From the NCBI RefSeq assembly GCF_001194135.2, contig NC_068991.1:38773862-38823338 (forward strand): 49,477 nt of DNA, read 5' to 3'. This DNA comes from Octopus bimaculoides (taxonomy: Eukaryota). Shown here one piece after another: positions 11,153 to 46,838 of the stretch. How positions within the stretch are numbered: position 1 is the first letter of the stretch; the number at the start of each line of letters is the position of its first letter. Under the pieces are notes generated by a model, which was given only the letters and a program-made list of their open reading frames with translations, had not been told where the DNA came from and searched no databases. A program made the position numbers and the translations under genes.

Positions 11153-11992
11153 CTAGTTTCTTGACTTCTGTCGCCACTCTTCTATTAGTTGCCATGCTTT
11201 TAGTGATTTTTGGCTTGCGATATAGAGATTTTTTTTTTGTTCCCTATGAATTCATCTTGTCAAGCTGCAGATATACCCACTAATTCATTTTCCCACCTCA
11301 CTGTATGTGTAGGATCTGGTATAAATGAATTTAAAAAGTTTGACACGTCTGGTTAAAGAGAAGCGCATCTCAATTTTATAACAGAAATTCATGAAAAAAT
11401 TTTACACGATATGGAATTTCATGTTACAACAAAGTCTTCAGAAACGTTATCTTTCTGTAACACGGAGTTTGCTGAATTTTGTTGATGTTTTTAATTTTTT
11501 GTGATTTTTGAGGGGGAGGGGGTAGTCTCTAAAACTCTGGAAAATATATTGAAGAGTTACCTCCCTTGTTGGCAACTTTTTATTTATTATTACAACAAAA
11601 ACCGCTAAGAACGAGTTGATCACTCAGCTCGCTTCTGCTGTAATCATCTTATACTAACATCACACATACCTTATACCATACGATGTCGTACATTGCTGTC
11701 CGCAAACAACATGCAGTCTGTCATTCATTTCGAAGGAACCCTTGTTATCAACAGCTGTGTGAAATCCAGTGAAAGTCAATAAATGTTAGTTCTTATCTAA
11801 GAATACTTGTAGTTGCCACACTAGGAAAAGAACATTAGTGATTCCAGGTCCAGGAGCAAATTCAAATTGCATGTCATTTAAATTAGCTCCCTCCCTATTT
11901 TAAAATAAATCAACAACTAGTCCAATGTAATCAATATCTTTACCAACATACTGTTGACCTTGCGAGAGAGAGAGAGAGAGAGAGAGAGAGGA

Positions 11993-12125
11993 ATCATCAT
12001 CATCGTTTAGCAGCTGTTTTCCATGCATGCATGGGTAAGAGAGTTAACAGGAGCCAGCCAGATAGAAGACTATCCCAGGCTGTCTGTTTTGGCAGGGTTT
12101 TTACAGCTGAATACCCTTCCTAACA
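11993..12125 (-). mobile_element. Diverged RTE-type 3' tail with (GAT)n end
   Basis: atcatcatcatcgtttag...ttccatgcatgcatgggt...cccttcctaac. Confidence 0.75.
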
Positions 12126-12249
12126 GCAACTGGAGTAGTTTAAGTATTTCAGGGCCGTATTCTAAAGTGATGGGGGTTAGGAAGTTGTAATGGACGCTAG
12201 AATTGTAGGTGCTGGCACAGTAATGCACCAGCTTCAATATTTGATCCTC

Positions 12250-12715
12250 AGAAGAAAAAGGTTGGTAAAAAAGTCAAACTTGCTGTCTTCAATTCAGTTC
12301 CATGCTTATTGTTACCTATATTCATGAACATTGGAATAAAATAACTAAAAGAATAAGTTTGTGAATACAAGCAGCCAAAAGGGTCCTCTAAAGGATATAT
12401 ACTCAGAGATCAGGGAGTTTCTCTATATTTGAGAAGTCACAGCTCCAGTACTACAGATGTGACGAGAATATCACAGGAAAGATCACAAAATGGATTCAAG
12501 CCAAGCCAACTGGCAGGAGACCTAGGGGTAAACTAAAAACAAAAGGGTTGAATAATACCCAGTCTCATTTGGTCACACTTTGGAATCCAGTCGGAAAGTC
12601 TAGTATTGGCTACTTCTGATAGGCCCCTATAGAGGAGGTGCCTGAGGATTCTAGCCCAATGACCCTCCCAGGAATAGTGGATAGTGAAAATGGATGAAAT
12701 TAACGATCAAAAAAA
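12250..12715 (+). mobile_element. Old RTE (Expander/Rex3-like) ORF2 C-terminal relic
   Basis: Degenerate translation EKSQLQYY..VTRISQER..WIQAKPTGRRPRG, typical of RTE-clade C-termini. Confidence 0.55.
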
Positions 12716-14699
12716 ATTTCTGATATATGTACAAAGCCACAATTATTGGGCGTGTGGGTATTGTTGATTAAGATGACTGATACCTATTTTCTAAACCTAA
12801 AAAAAATGACAAAAGGGGACCTTAGCATGATTTGAACACAGAACATAGGTTTCTTTCAGTACTTTACTGATCACCCTAAACACACATTTCATGAACTCTA
12901 AAGATAATTTGCATAAACAAAATGCTGAAAATTGGTGAATATGAAGAAGACCCGGAGTAAATCTGGAAGGGTTAATTTTAATACTAAAAAGTAGTTTTTC
13001 AGTTTTAAAACAGTAGTCTTCAGCCCACATCAGCCTCTAGCTACCTTTATAAATTGTTACATTCTATGCTGATGCAACTTTTAACTGCTAAACTCAAATC
13101 CTACTTATTGAAAGCATTAGGAAAATCATACATGAAAATGTTTAACTCATATTGGATTGCAATGTATGAAAGGGGCAAAATAGGGACCTGTCCCATTACT
13201 GATTACAGCCCAAGTACCTCTGGCTATATCCAAGATATAACCAAAGCACTGCAGACACAGGGTGCTAAATCAAATGATTCACCTGGGAAGGGGAAAAAAC
13301 ACATCTTGCCAGGCACTTACTCACTGATTAATCGCGCACAGACAGACAGACAGACATTATAAATTTCAAATATTTACTTACAATGTTTTTTATTTATTTA
13401 TTTATATATTCATTTATTTATTTCACTTCTAATTGATAAAGAACAATACATTATTGGAATTATCAAAACAGATATTTGTAATCTGGGTTTTATTGCCATT
13501 GCTTCACAATATTTTGATAGAGTAACTTTTTTATCTTCTAATGTTGTTTGAAATGAAATCAGCCAAATCAAATTTAGTAATTACAATTGATTTTGTTTAA
13601 TAAATTAAAGAAATGAATGAAATAAATACAAAAGCACCAACATGTACACCCACATCAAGTCAGTTGCACAAAAAGCCCTTGAGGTCAGTGAAGGAGAATA
13701 CAAATGGTTGCTCAAAAAGCTGAAAATAGCAGGTAATCTCATTCAAATTACATTTTACTATCTTTAAAAGTGGACATATTGTATAATGTACCCTAAATAT
13801 ATGATCCAGAAAATAAAAAATGGGAAAGTGAAGGCTGAACTTCTGTTAATCAGAACAGCCAAAACAATAAATGCATCATACAGTAACACATACACAGATA
13901 TATGTGCCCATACAGTCTAAGAATTCTAAATTAGAATCCAAGATGGATATCGCAAAATCGTAAATTATGAAATATATTGGCGGGTGGAATAGAGAATGTA
14001 TCGTTCTTTTGTTCCTACTCTTTTATCTATATATTTTTTTTTATATTATGCATTTAATTAAAAATAGAGAACATAGTTATGTATTTTTCTTAGTTTTTCA
14101 GTCAGAATATTTTGCTGTTTTGTTTTTCTCTTAACATTTTTAGTGAAATATAGTAACATTTTATTTTCTGATAGGTTTCAGATTGTTTATGTATGCATGC
14201 TTTCATGAATGAACAAACAAAATGGCTCATTTGATCGCATAAATAAATATCAGTGACTCAAGACATTTATACACTTACAATAAAGACATATATATCATCA
14301 CTTTGTATCTGTTATACAATCTAGAGCAAGTTAAAGAATAAGTGTTTATAAACAATTTTATTGTCTTCTGCATTATATGTATATATACACACACACACAC
14401 ACATACATACATACATACATACATACATACATACAGACAGACACCATATATTTGTTTGGATATACATACGAGTAATAAATTTTTACTCAATACATATAGA
14501 AGACTTAGTTATTCATTCGAGGCTGTTTCCTGCTGGGTGCAACTCATCAGGTAACAAATGAATGAACTTTGTCAATATCCTGAAGGATAGCACGTAGTGA
14601 ATGTAACTAATAAATAAAATGAAAATAATGATATATATGTACAACATCTGTCTTTTCAGAAGAATTCAGCTATGGATAAAGCTTTCCCATCCTTACAAC

Positions 14700-14886
14700 A
14701 TATATATTCAAACACATATATGCATAACGTATATATATATAATATATATATATATATAGATAGATAGATAGATACATATATACACAAACATACATAACAT
14801 ACATATGTATAAATAAATTTAAGTATATATAAATATAATATAAACATAAGTATATAAACATATATATTCACACACAACATACACAT

Positions 14887-14935
<49 letters not shown>

Positions 14936-14946
14936 TATACAACAAA

Positions 14947-14997
<51 letters not shown>

Positions 14998-15008
14998 TAT
15001 ACAACAAA

Positions 15009-15051
<43 letters not shown>

Positions 15052-15060
15052 TACATACAC
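14700..15060. repeat. Compound (TA)n/(CA)n tract with an approximately 60-bp duplicated unit
   Basis: cacacacatatacaacaaatatatattat occurs twice (about 14928 and 14990). Confidence 0.85.
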
Positions 15061-15144
15061 ATAGCTAGATAATTATGGAGACATACATATACAATACATT
15101 TATACATACAAAATGGCGGATCATCTGCTTTGTAAAGTTATACT

Positions 15145-15150
15145 TTTATT
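15145..15150 (-). terminator. Candidate TPRA1 polyadenylation signal AATAAA
   Basis: First canonical AATAAA seen on the minus strand after the stop (about 0.7 kb). It is followed by a GT/T-rich tract. More distal AATAAA clusters lie near 13385-13420. Confidence 0.35.
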
Positions 15151-15851
15151 GTATCTGTAGTTTATAGAAAAAGAAAAGTTACAGTTTAGATACTCAGAAC
15201 AAAGATTGATTCTGTAATTTTGATGGAGAACACAATGTTTGTTTGTTTGTTTATGTGTAAGATAGATAAATAATGTATTGTTTATGTTAACTTTTTCTTA
15301 CTTTGTCTTACACCATGACTCTTTGTTCATTGAAATAACTAATTAGTTCAAAGTTGAACTCAGTAACTCAGAGGAAAGATTCAAGTCTGAAGATATTTCT
15401 ATTTTCTTCTGAATCTATTTTCGCTGTTTGTTGTCCTGTTATTGTTGATGTTTTTTCATGAGTGTGGGGGGGGAATATGTTCGCCTTGTTATTTTCTTTG
15501 TTTTTTTTTAGTTTTTGTTCTTTGTGTTTCTCTTGTTTTTCATATCTTAATTTCATTGATTATTTTCTTTCTATGCTTAGGTTATGCACACCTATTTTTA
15601 AAGATGTGTTTATATGTATGTATAAATATATATGTGTGTGTGTGTCTGTGTGTGTGTCTGTGTGTGTGTGTGTTGTAATTAAAACTTTCTGGAAAGTAGT
15701 AATTGCCATGTAACATATTATAGAGAATGAGTGGGGCTGATGAATGAATGGAAGGAGAAAAAACATTCAACAGAGTCTTCAGAAATCATCCTTTAGTCCA
15801 GTTACAGCTGCTACAATAAAACAATGTCTTTTGCCACATTGCTAGACAGTC

Positions 15852-38776
<22,925 letters not shown>

Positions 38777-38812
38777 CTTTGTACTGCAGTATGTGTGCAG
38801 CTACAACTTCTT

Positions 38813-38821
38813 TCAACTCAT
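38813..38821 (-). promoter_or_regulatory. Two-codon upstream ORF (ATG AGT TGA) in the TPRA1 5' UTR
   Basis: Read directly; ends 36 nt before the main ATG. Confidence 0.5.
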
Positions 38822-41217
38822 TGCCCCCTAAAAGAAGTTTAAAAAAAAAAAATTATATATCAATTAAAATTTTCTTTTAAAATAAATTTATATTTGATGT
38901 ACACTCACTCACATCATTCTCTAATATAATACAAAAGAAATATTTAATCCAGTAATACACAAATAATGAATGCAAACAAAAATAGCTTTTGACAATGAAA
39001 TTCTGTGGGTTTTTGTATCAGGTGGATGATAGAATCAGTAGAGCATCAAACAAAATATACTGTGGTACTTTGTGAAATTCTTTTACATTCTGAGTTAAAA
39101 TATTACTGAAAGCCACATTACATTTCATCTTTCCAAGGTCAATGTAATTGACAATATTTTAGAGATCAGTACCCCAGCATGACCAAAAACCAATGAAAGA
39201 AACCAGTAAAAGAGAAAAAAAAAACAGTATGCACTTCATGACTAATAGAACTAACAAAATCTGAAAGTGTATTGCCATAGAACTATATAACTCCATTTCG
39301 TTTAACTGATTTCATTTTACATAACTGAAATTTCTATTCCATTTCTTCTTGTGTGGGTAGCTGGTTTTATTTTATGTCCACCTTCTGTGATGATATGTGG
39401 AATAGAGCATATATGTTGAACTGTCCCGGGTTGCATACTTAATAAGCAAATAACATGGTTGAAAAGAAACATCTTGAAAAATAAAGCAATAATTTTTTTT
39501 TTATATGATTAAATTTCTTTGGCTTAATAATTAGTAATGAAAACAAGTGCATTTCCTAGCTTCTAAGACATCAGGAATGAGACAAATTAATCAATCAAGG
39601 AAACAAACATGACAAATCAGTCGCACCTAATTGCTTGGTGTTTGGAAGTTAGCTGTGAGGTGGGAGATAGGAAATTGGTTGCTGATTGGATGTTAGACGT
39701 GAAGTGGGAAAATGTGTTTAGTTATGTCAGTGTTATCAATTACTCCAGCTATCTATATCATACCAGATTAAATGTCAATGCTCATGTATAATACTCATAG
39801 AAGCAAAAGCAATTCCCAGTCAAATATTTCATACTTTATTTTTATCTGTGGTTGTTTAATTCCATGTGCAATTGTCCATCTATCTACCTGTATATTGGCT
39901 AGGATCAGTTAATCAATGTTCTTGAAATGTTGGTGGCAAACACTTTGATGTAAGAGACTTAAGGTCCTAGCAAGTCAAACAAATAATTCAATTCAAACTT
40001 CCAATTTTTGACTGAAGTTGCATAAGAAATATTCATGGGAAAAGCATGTACATCAAAACTTCACATTTCAAATAATCCAAGGCATTGTGGTTATTTGAAA
40101 TGTGATATTATGATGTTCATATTTTCATTTTTCATTCTTTTACCAATTTCAGATGTTAGACTGCAGCCATGTTGCCACAGTACCTTTAAGGGTTTTATTA
40201 CTGAGAAGGCTTAATATTTTGTCTGGGACTTGAATTATTAACCTTAGGAGAGGGGCAAGTAAATATGACCTGAGCATTAAAAGGACATAACTGAATATTG
40301 CATAGTTTTTTTTTAGTTCAACTCACTGCCATTTCTGCCATCATAGCCTATATAGGTGACAGGTTTCTGCACAATTTCCGTCTATGAAATTTAACTTGTG
40401 AATTTTCGGTTGACCTGACACTATAGCAGATATACATGATGCAGTGAGATATTCTTTAAGAAATCAACACCATTTTTCATAGAAGTATGAGGCCCCAGCA
40501 TAGCTCAACTGGAACAGGCATAACCAAAAGTTATGATGTCCATGCATTAGAGGAATGTGTGCAAGATTACATATGTTTGTGGGTGTGTAAATGAAAATGG
40601 CAACAGCAATAATAAAGAGTAATTCTAGAAAAGCTATGTTGAGATTCCTGATAGGGAGTAATGAAAACTTTGCTTTCCAATACCAAGAAGGGTCTCATTA
40701 ACAATGACCAAATAGTCAAAATTAAGAGGTCATATCTATCTTCTGACACATTAACAGGAATAGAGTAGAAAGAGTCACCACCTGATACCTGCCTCATAAG
40801 AAACATCAACTGGTATCAGCATCATCTATATTTCCCTAAGAAACTTTCTCATTATATGCTCAATAAATTCTACCATTGCACCACTGGTAGAATTCATTGT
40901 TAATATGTGTTACAGACTGAAAAGGATAACAACAGGAAGGGAAAACTGCACTGAAAATCATTTGTGTTCCACTTATCTTCAAGCTAAATATTTACCAGTG
41001 TTGCTATATCAAAAAACAGCAGGCAATATTGTCTCAGACAATAGCCGCTAAAGGTATATGTAACTAGACAATGTCTAGTTAACATTTTTTACACCAACCC
41101 ACCTGTCACTTCACCTGGTTCTTTGATATAAACTTCATGTTTTAAAGTGATCTGAATCAAAATCTTCCATTAAAATTTCATGTTTATTTCTGTCCCAAAT
41201 ATCAGCTTAATATCACA

Positions 41218-41530
41218 AGGCTCAGTCATTAGAGCATTGGGCTCACAATCATGAGGTAATGAGTTCGATTTCTGGACCAGGCTGTGTACTGTGTTTTTGA
41301 GCAAGACATTTTATTTCACGTTCCAGTTCACTCATCTGTAGAAATGAGTTGCGATGTCACTGGGGTCAAACTGTATCAGCCCTTGGATAACATTGGTGGC
41401 ATGGAAAGGGAAGGCTGGTATGCATGGGCAACTGTTGGTCTTCCATAAACAACCATATCTAGACTTGTGCCTCAGAGGGGAACTTTCTAGGTGCAATCTC
41501 ATGGTCATTCATGACCAAATGGGGTCTTTA
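41218..41530 (+). mobile_element. SINE with a family-C-type head and a different 3' half
   Basis: ggctcagtcattagagc...gagttcgatttctgg...tgtgtttttgagcaagacatt. Confidence 0.7.
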
Positions 41531-42057
41531 CCCTTCTTTATTGCACACAAAATACACATACCAAACACATAGACAAGTACGTAGACACAGATGCAAATGC
41601 ATGCACAGATAAGGATACACACCATAGAAAGACAGAATGGACTAAACAGCACAAGAGGAGACACATGGGATGGAGAGTTGCTGGAGAGGTCACAGGTTGT
41701 GTGATGAAAGATTTCAGACAATGGACACTAAAATAAAAATAATAATATAATAACAAAGCTGAAGTGAAGATCAAGCTGAAGCGAAGACCAAGTGCATGTG
41801 GTTAACTGGAAAAAAGAAAACTATGACCACACCCAAATATAACAATATTGACCAATTTATTTTACTAAGTCATTCATTACAAAATTATTTATGTTCCAAA
41901 TATCAATTTAACACTGAATAGTTATTTTACCAAATCATTCATTGCAAAATTATTTTAAACAAAAGCATAATTTGACAGAAGTATAATAACGAAAGGCTTA
42001 AAATGAGTGTAGTATGTGTAAAGTATTAGACAATGTCTAGTTAACAAGTTTAATTAT

Positions 42058-42440
42058 ATTTCATCTTTTGCTTGTTTGTCATTTGACTGCAACCACACTG
42101 GGGCATCGCTTTGAAGTGTTTTAGTCAATCAAATCAACCCCAGAACTTTCTCTTTAAGCCTAATACTTATTTTATCAGTCTCTTTGCTGAACCACTAAGT
42201 TATGCAGATGTAAATACACCAACACCAGTTGTCAAGCAGTGGCGGGGGACAAACACAGAGACCAACACACACACACACACACGACAAGTTTCTTTCAGTT
42301 TCTACCTTCTGAATCCACTCACAAAGCTTTAGTTGGCCTGACACTATACTAAAAAAAAACCTGCCTGAGGTTCCATGAAGTGGAACTGAACCCAGAACAA
42401 TATGGTTGGGAAGCAAGCTTCTTACTACACAGCTACACCT
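42058..42440 (-). mobile_element. SINE family A, full length
   Basis: Reverse-complement homolog of 21926-22280. Confidence 0.85.
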
Positions 42441-42591
42441 ATCCACACAGCCATACCTGTATGTTAACTTTTCCTGAAATGTATCCAGGAAAATTCAACA
42501 TTAAACTTGTAACTTAATCATAATATCAATGTTTTTTTTAATATTAAAGAAAATATGCAATCAACAAAAGTGAGCGTATTACATATATGTG

Positions 42592-43665
42592 CAGGGGTGT
42601 CTGTAAATAAAATCCCCAAAAGTCATGCTATTCAATTTACACAAGTCCCTCCATCAAAACATAATCACTCTTTTAAATCATATAAACAGTTCAACACAAT
42701 AATGAATTATCTTTAGCAAGTTGGAAAATATATGTGCATCATATGAAACATCCCAATGATGGCTCAAAACATTATAGTCAAAAGCTCAACTAACCACTCC
42801 TTTTTCTGAGTTTCAATTCACTAATACATCCTTTTTGCTGCACTGAACCAATAAGCTGAATTCATAGAAAATATGACTACTTTAACTTTCAAAGTTAGTT
42901 AATAGACACTCCAATGTTGAATGAATGAAACAGAACTACAGGTTGCATCCCAAATGCATACACACGTGCATGCATGTAAGATAAGGCATATGCATGCATG
43001 TAAGGCACTGGAAGCTCCAATATGAACATTTCAGATTGCTTGGATGTCAATCTGAGGAGATGTACCAAGTGTGATAAACATCCAGTCAACATCATAGTGT
43101 TTGGAGTGATCACTAGTGATGGCAACGTTATTCCTCCATTCATCTTCCAACATGGCCTCAAACTCAACACAGAGGCCTGAAGGAGGTAGTGCTGCCCCAA
43201 GTCAAAAGGGTGGCTGCTGGAAGACCCTATGTTTGGCAACAGGGCTCTGTACCATGCCACACAAGTAGGAGAACACAGTCAAGGCTGTCAGACAATTTCT
43301 GCAACCACATCACCCCTAACATCTGGCCACCTAACTCCCCAGACTGCAACCCCTTCAATTATTATGTGCAGGGCACAGTTGAGTGAGAGACCAACAAAAC
43401 TTCTAACACCAAAGATGAACTGAAGGTAAGAATTATGGCAGCATTCACCACCTTAAACAAGGAAAACGTCCAGAAGAGTTGCAGGAGATTCCAAAGTCGT
43501 CTGGAGGCCATGGTTGAAGTCAATGGCAATTTTATTAAATAAATTTACTCTTTAGAATTTCAAGATATTTTTATGTAATTTTGGTAAATATATCCGTTAA
43601 AATGAGATGTCAGTGTTATTTTCATTTTTGTGTAATTTAGACAACAGTTTATTCATCACACCCTG
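42592..43665 (+). mobile_element. DD37D (maT) Tc1/mariner relic; left end uncertain
   Basis: KHPVNIIVFGVITSDG, WQQ(G)SVPCH-37aa-WPPNSPDCNPF(N)Y, RLEAMVEVNGNFIK*. Right end ...CACACCCTG|TA at 43665; possible left end CAGGGGTGT at 42592. Confidence 0.8.
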
Positions 43666-43779
43666 TATATACACATAATCATTTATTCCTTTGTCATCTT
43701 ACTTTCTTTTATATATATATATCGTCAGTAAAACATAAATCCAAAAGAGAAGTACAATCTAAGTTATAAAGCAGTAGAG

Positions 43780-43890
43780 TATTTAGAGAAAGATAGTTAT
43801 GGCCAGTTCATAGGGTTACCCAGGGTTTCGCGTCCATAAAGCGTTTAGCTTTACATGTCTCATCAGACCCTGACTATCTTTCTCTAAATA
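43780..43890 (-). ncRNA. Type I hammerhead ribozyme with an intact catalytic core
   Basis: AGGGT-CTGATGA-G..[GTAAAGC-TAAAC-GCTTTAT]..C-GAAA-CCC-T-GGG-TA|ACCCT. Stem I has 5 proximal bp plus a perfect 18-bp distal helix (43780-43797 / 43873-43890). Predicted cleavage between 43817 and 43816. Confidence 0.8.
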
Positions 43891-44830
43891 TATTTATATA
43901 TATTTTGCTTGGCATCTGCTTCAACAAATTCTGTGTGATCCATGCAAGCATAGAAAAGAATATGTTGAAATGATGATGATGATTATTTAAACAGACTGAC
44001 TGAGATAGAGAAATGCTGTGGGGTTAAATTACTATCGACTGGATGTGTCAAGTGCTTATGAGATTTAAAACCAGTATCAGGTTTTAAAAAGATAAGCAGG
44101 AGAAACTGAACTAAACAGGCAAGCGATAAAAACAGTATAAGTACAGCTATCAGCAGATGAGGCCAGGGACATTATCCCAAGGATATCTTATATGCTCATA
44201 TAATAATGTCCAATGTGTGTGTGTTAATATCTAACATAGAAGATGGGAAAATGTTGTAACATCACCAACAATATTTGAATGTCAGGTCTACTGTAAAATA
44301 TATAGCTGTGCTAGCAGCTACACTAAAGCAAACATCACAATATTCACTGTCCAAATTAAGAGATTTAACCTAATCAGCTAAGATTATAAACCAATGTCCA
44401 GTCAACAAAAATCTTAGTCCACACAATATCTAGGTTTGGTATTAAACATTTACAAATGATGATATGGAAAATTATTTTTATGATCTACTGAGTAATGATC
44501 ACAATTTCAGTATCACACACTCCATTGATGCCACACATCACTGATACTATCAAATAATGTCCAAGTATTAAGAACCATACTGCAAACAATACAAGTTACC
44601 ATCCCTCTTTCTGTTATCTACAAAGACACCATAATAAACTAATGTTAGCTGTATCTATCCCAACTGCTCTGTGTAACTACTTTTATTCTTAAATCAATAT
44701 CCACTGCCAAATCCATATATAATTTGTCTCACAATGAAATTAGGCCTCAAGAGGGGCATATTAATCAACCTGCTTTCTCTTCCTTCCAAAGATGCCAAGA
44801 GTAAACTGCAGAAGACTACTTATTGATTTC

Positions 44831-45035
44831 AAATTTTGGCAGGAGGCCAGCAACTTAAGGGGAGGAGTAAAATCAATTACATCAACCCCAGTACTGAACT
44901 GGTATGTATTTTATCGACCCTGAAAGGATGAAATGTAGTCGACCTCAGCAGAATTTGAACTCAGAACATAAATACAAACAAAATGCTGCTAAGCATTTTG
45001 CCCAGCATGCTTAAAATTCTGCTAGCTCACCATCT
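44831..45035 (-). mobile_element. SINE family B
   Basis: Homologous to 28395-28615. Confidence 0.85.
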
Positions 45036-45245
45036 TAAAGACTGCTTATTAACATGTAAACAAGTATGAAATTAGACAAAACTCACATAATGGTATAAGG
45101 TTTTCGACAGCATAGGTCATAAGTGATATCCCCTCATGGGGCAAAATTTTCCAGCAAGACAAAATACTTATAAAATGACCCCAAATTATTAATAAGCCAT
45201 GCTATATTGCTACACTAGTAGATATTTTTATTATTAGCAGAGGAT

Positions 45246-45425
45246 AAGGCAGTGAGTTGGTAAAATCATTAGCATGTCAGGCAAATGCTCTTTAAATTCT
45301 GAGTTCAAATCTAACTTTGCCCTTCATCTTCTCAAAGTCCAAAAAGTACCAATTGAGCACAGAGGCTGATGTAATCAACTAACATCTTCCCTCAAAACCA
45401 TTGGGCTTCTGCCAAAATTTTAAAC
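45246..45425 (+). mobile_element. SINE family B, diverged
   Basis: taaggcagtgagttggtaaaatc...gagttcaaatc...gccaaaattttaaac. Confidence 0.75.
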
Positions 45426-46004
45426 AATTACTAGCAGTAGATGGCCTTTTATAGATCTGTGTACTTATATTTCATTGGGTGAAAGAGTATCAGATGCCTA
45501 ATGTAAAAATTGGCAGTTTATTATACCATCACTACTTTGGTACTGTGTCCATAACAAAACTTTCAATGACCCAGTTCACCAAACTATAAGTGGGTACAAT
45601 ATAGTTGAATGATCATGAGAATGCTGCCCAAGTAACATACTGCACACATTACACAAAATCAAATCTATAGTTGTAACAAAATGGGGAGTGAAGAGAGTAC
45701 AATCATGTCCAGAGGCAACACTGCACTCTACACAATTAACCACTCCAGGTCAAAGATATCATATAAGCTGTTGGCTGCCTGCCACAGGGGAGGTTTGATT
45801 AAAGCTGACCTGGAACTAAAGAGCAACATCACACATTATATACAAATGTACTGACTAACACTCAGCATGAAATGTTGAACGAGGTTAATAACCACAACAA
45901 ATATTTAAAGGCCATCACCTAAGTAAAGCAGGGTTTAGTCTTGCAGAAGACCTTGACAGTCTTCATTTTTAACCATACTTTTTTTTAAAATTATTTTTTA
46001 CTGG

Positions 46005-46190
46005 TTTCAGTCATTTGACTGCAGCCATCCAAGAGCACCGCCTCAAAGGGTATTTAGTCAAATGAATCGACCCCTGTACTTATTTCTTTTTAAAGCCTAG
46101 TACTTATTCCATCGGTCTCTTTTTGCCGAAACACCAAGTTACAGGGACATAAACACAGCAACAATGATTGTCAAGCAAGTGTTGGGACAC

Positions 46191-46226
<36 letters not shown>

Positions 46227-46365
46227 AGCATCTTTCAGTTTTCACTCTCAAGGTTTTGGTCATCCCAAGGCTATAGTAGAAGAAACTTGCCCAAGATGCC
46301 ACGCAATGGGACCGAACCTGGAACCATGTGGTTGGGAAGCAAGCTTCTTACCACACAGCCACAGC
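46005..46365 (-). mobile_element. SINE family A, full length
   Basis: Reverse-complement homolog of 21926-22280. Confidence 0.85.
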
Positions 46366-46781
46366 TGTGCCCATACTCATCATGGTTCCAATATTGAAGC
46401 AGTATTTTACAGCTGGACCCTCTTGCTGACACCAACCCCTTTAACTTTTGATTAACAAGCAGGGAGGGATAAGATGTGCCTATTCTAAAACCGGAGATAA
46501 CGAATAGTATAGAATGTTATACTGACACTTCTATCAGTGTTTAATGAATAGGCAATTAATGAAACAAAAATATTTCATTTTCTAAACCAGTAGAATTAGT
46601 TATTAGTAACCCTTGATCTGCTGGCAGAACAACCAATTCATAAAGGGAGAGGTGGAATGTGGGGGTAATAACAATGTTATTGTTAAAGTAGCTATCACAT
46701 GTTCAACAGCTAACTTGAAACAATTGTTTTCATACTTTTAGGGCAAGTGAGAAAACTATCTGTGTGCATCTCTCTCTCTGT

Positions 46782-46838
<57 letters not shown>

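Noticed and set aside
13290-13381. Minus-strand GTAAGT donors and a nearby pyrimidine tract with AG
   Set aside because: The implied intron is only about 38 nt and there is no coding context.
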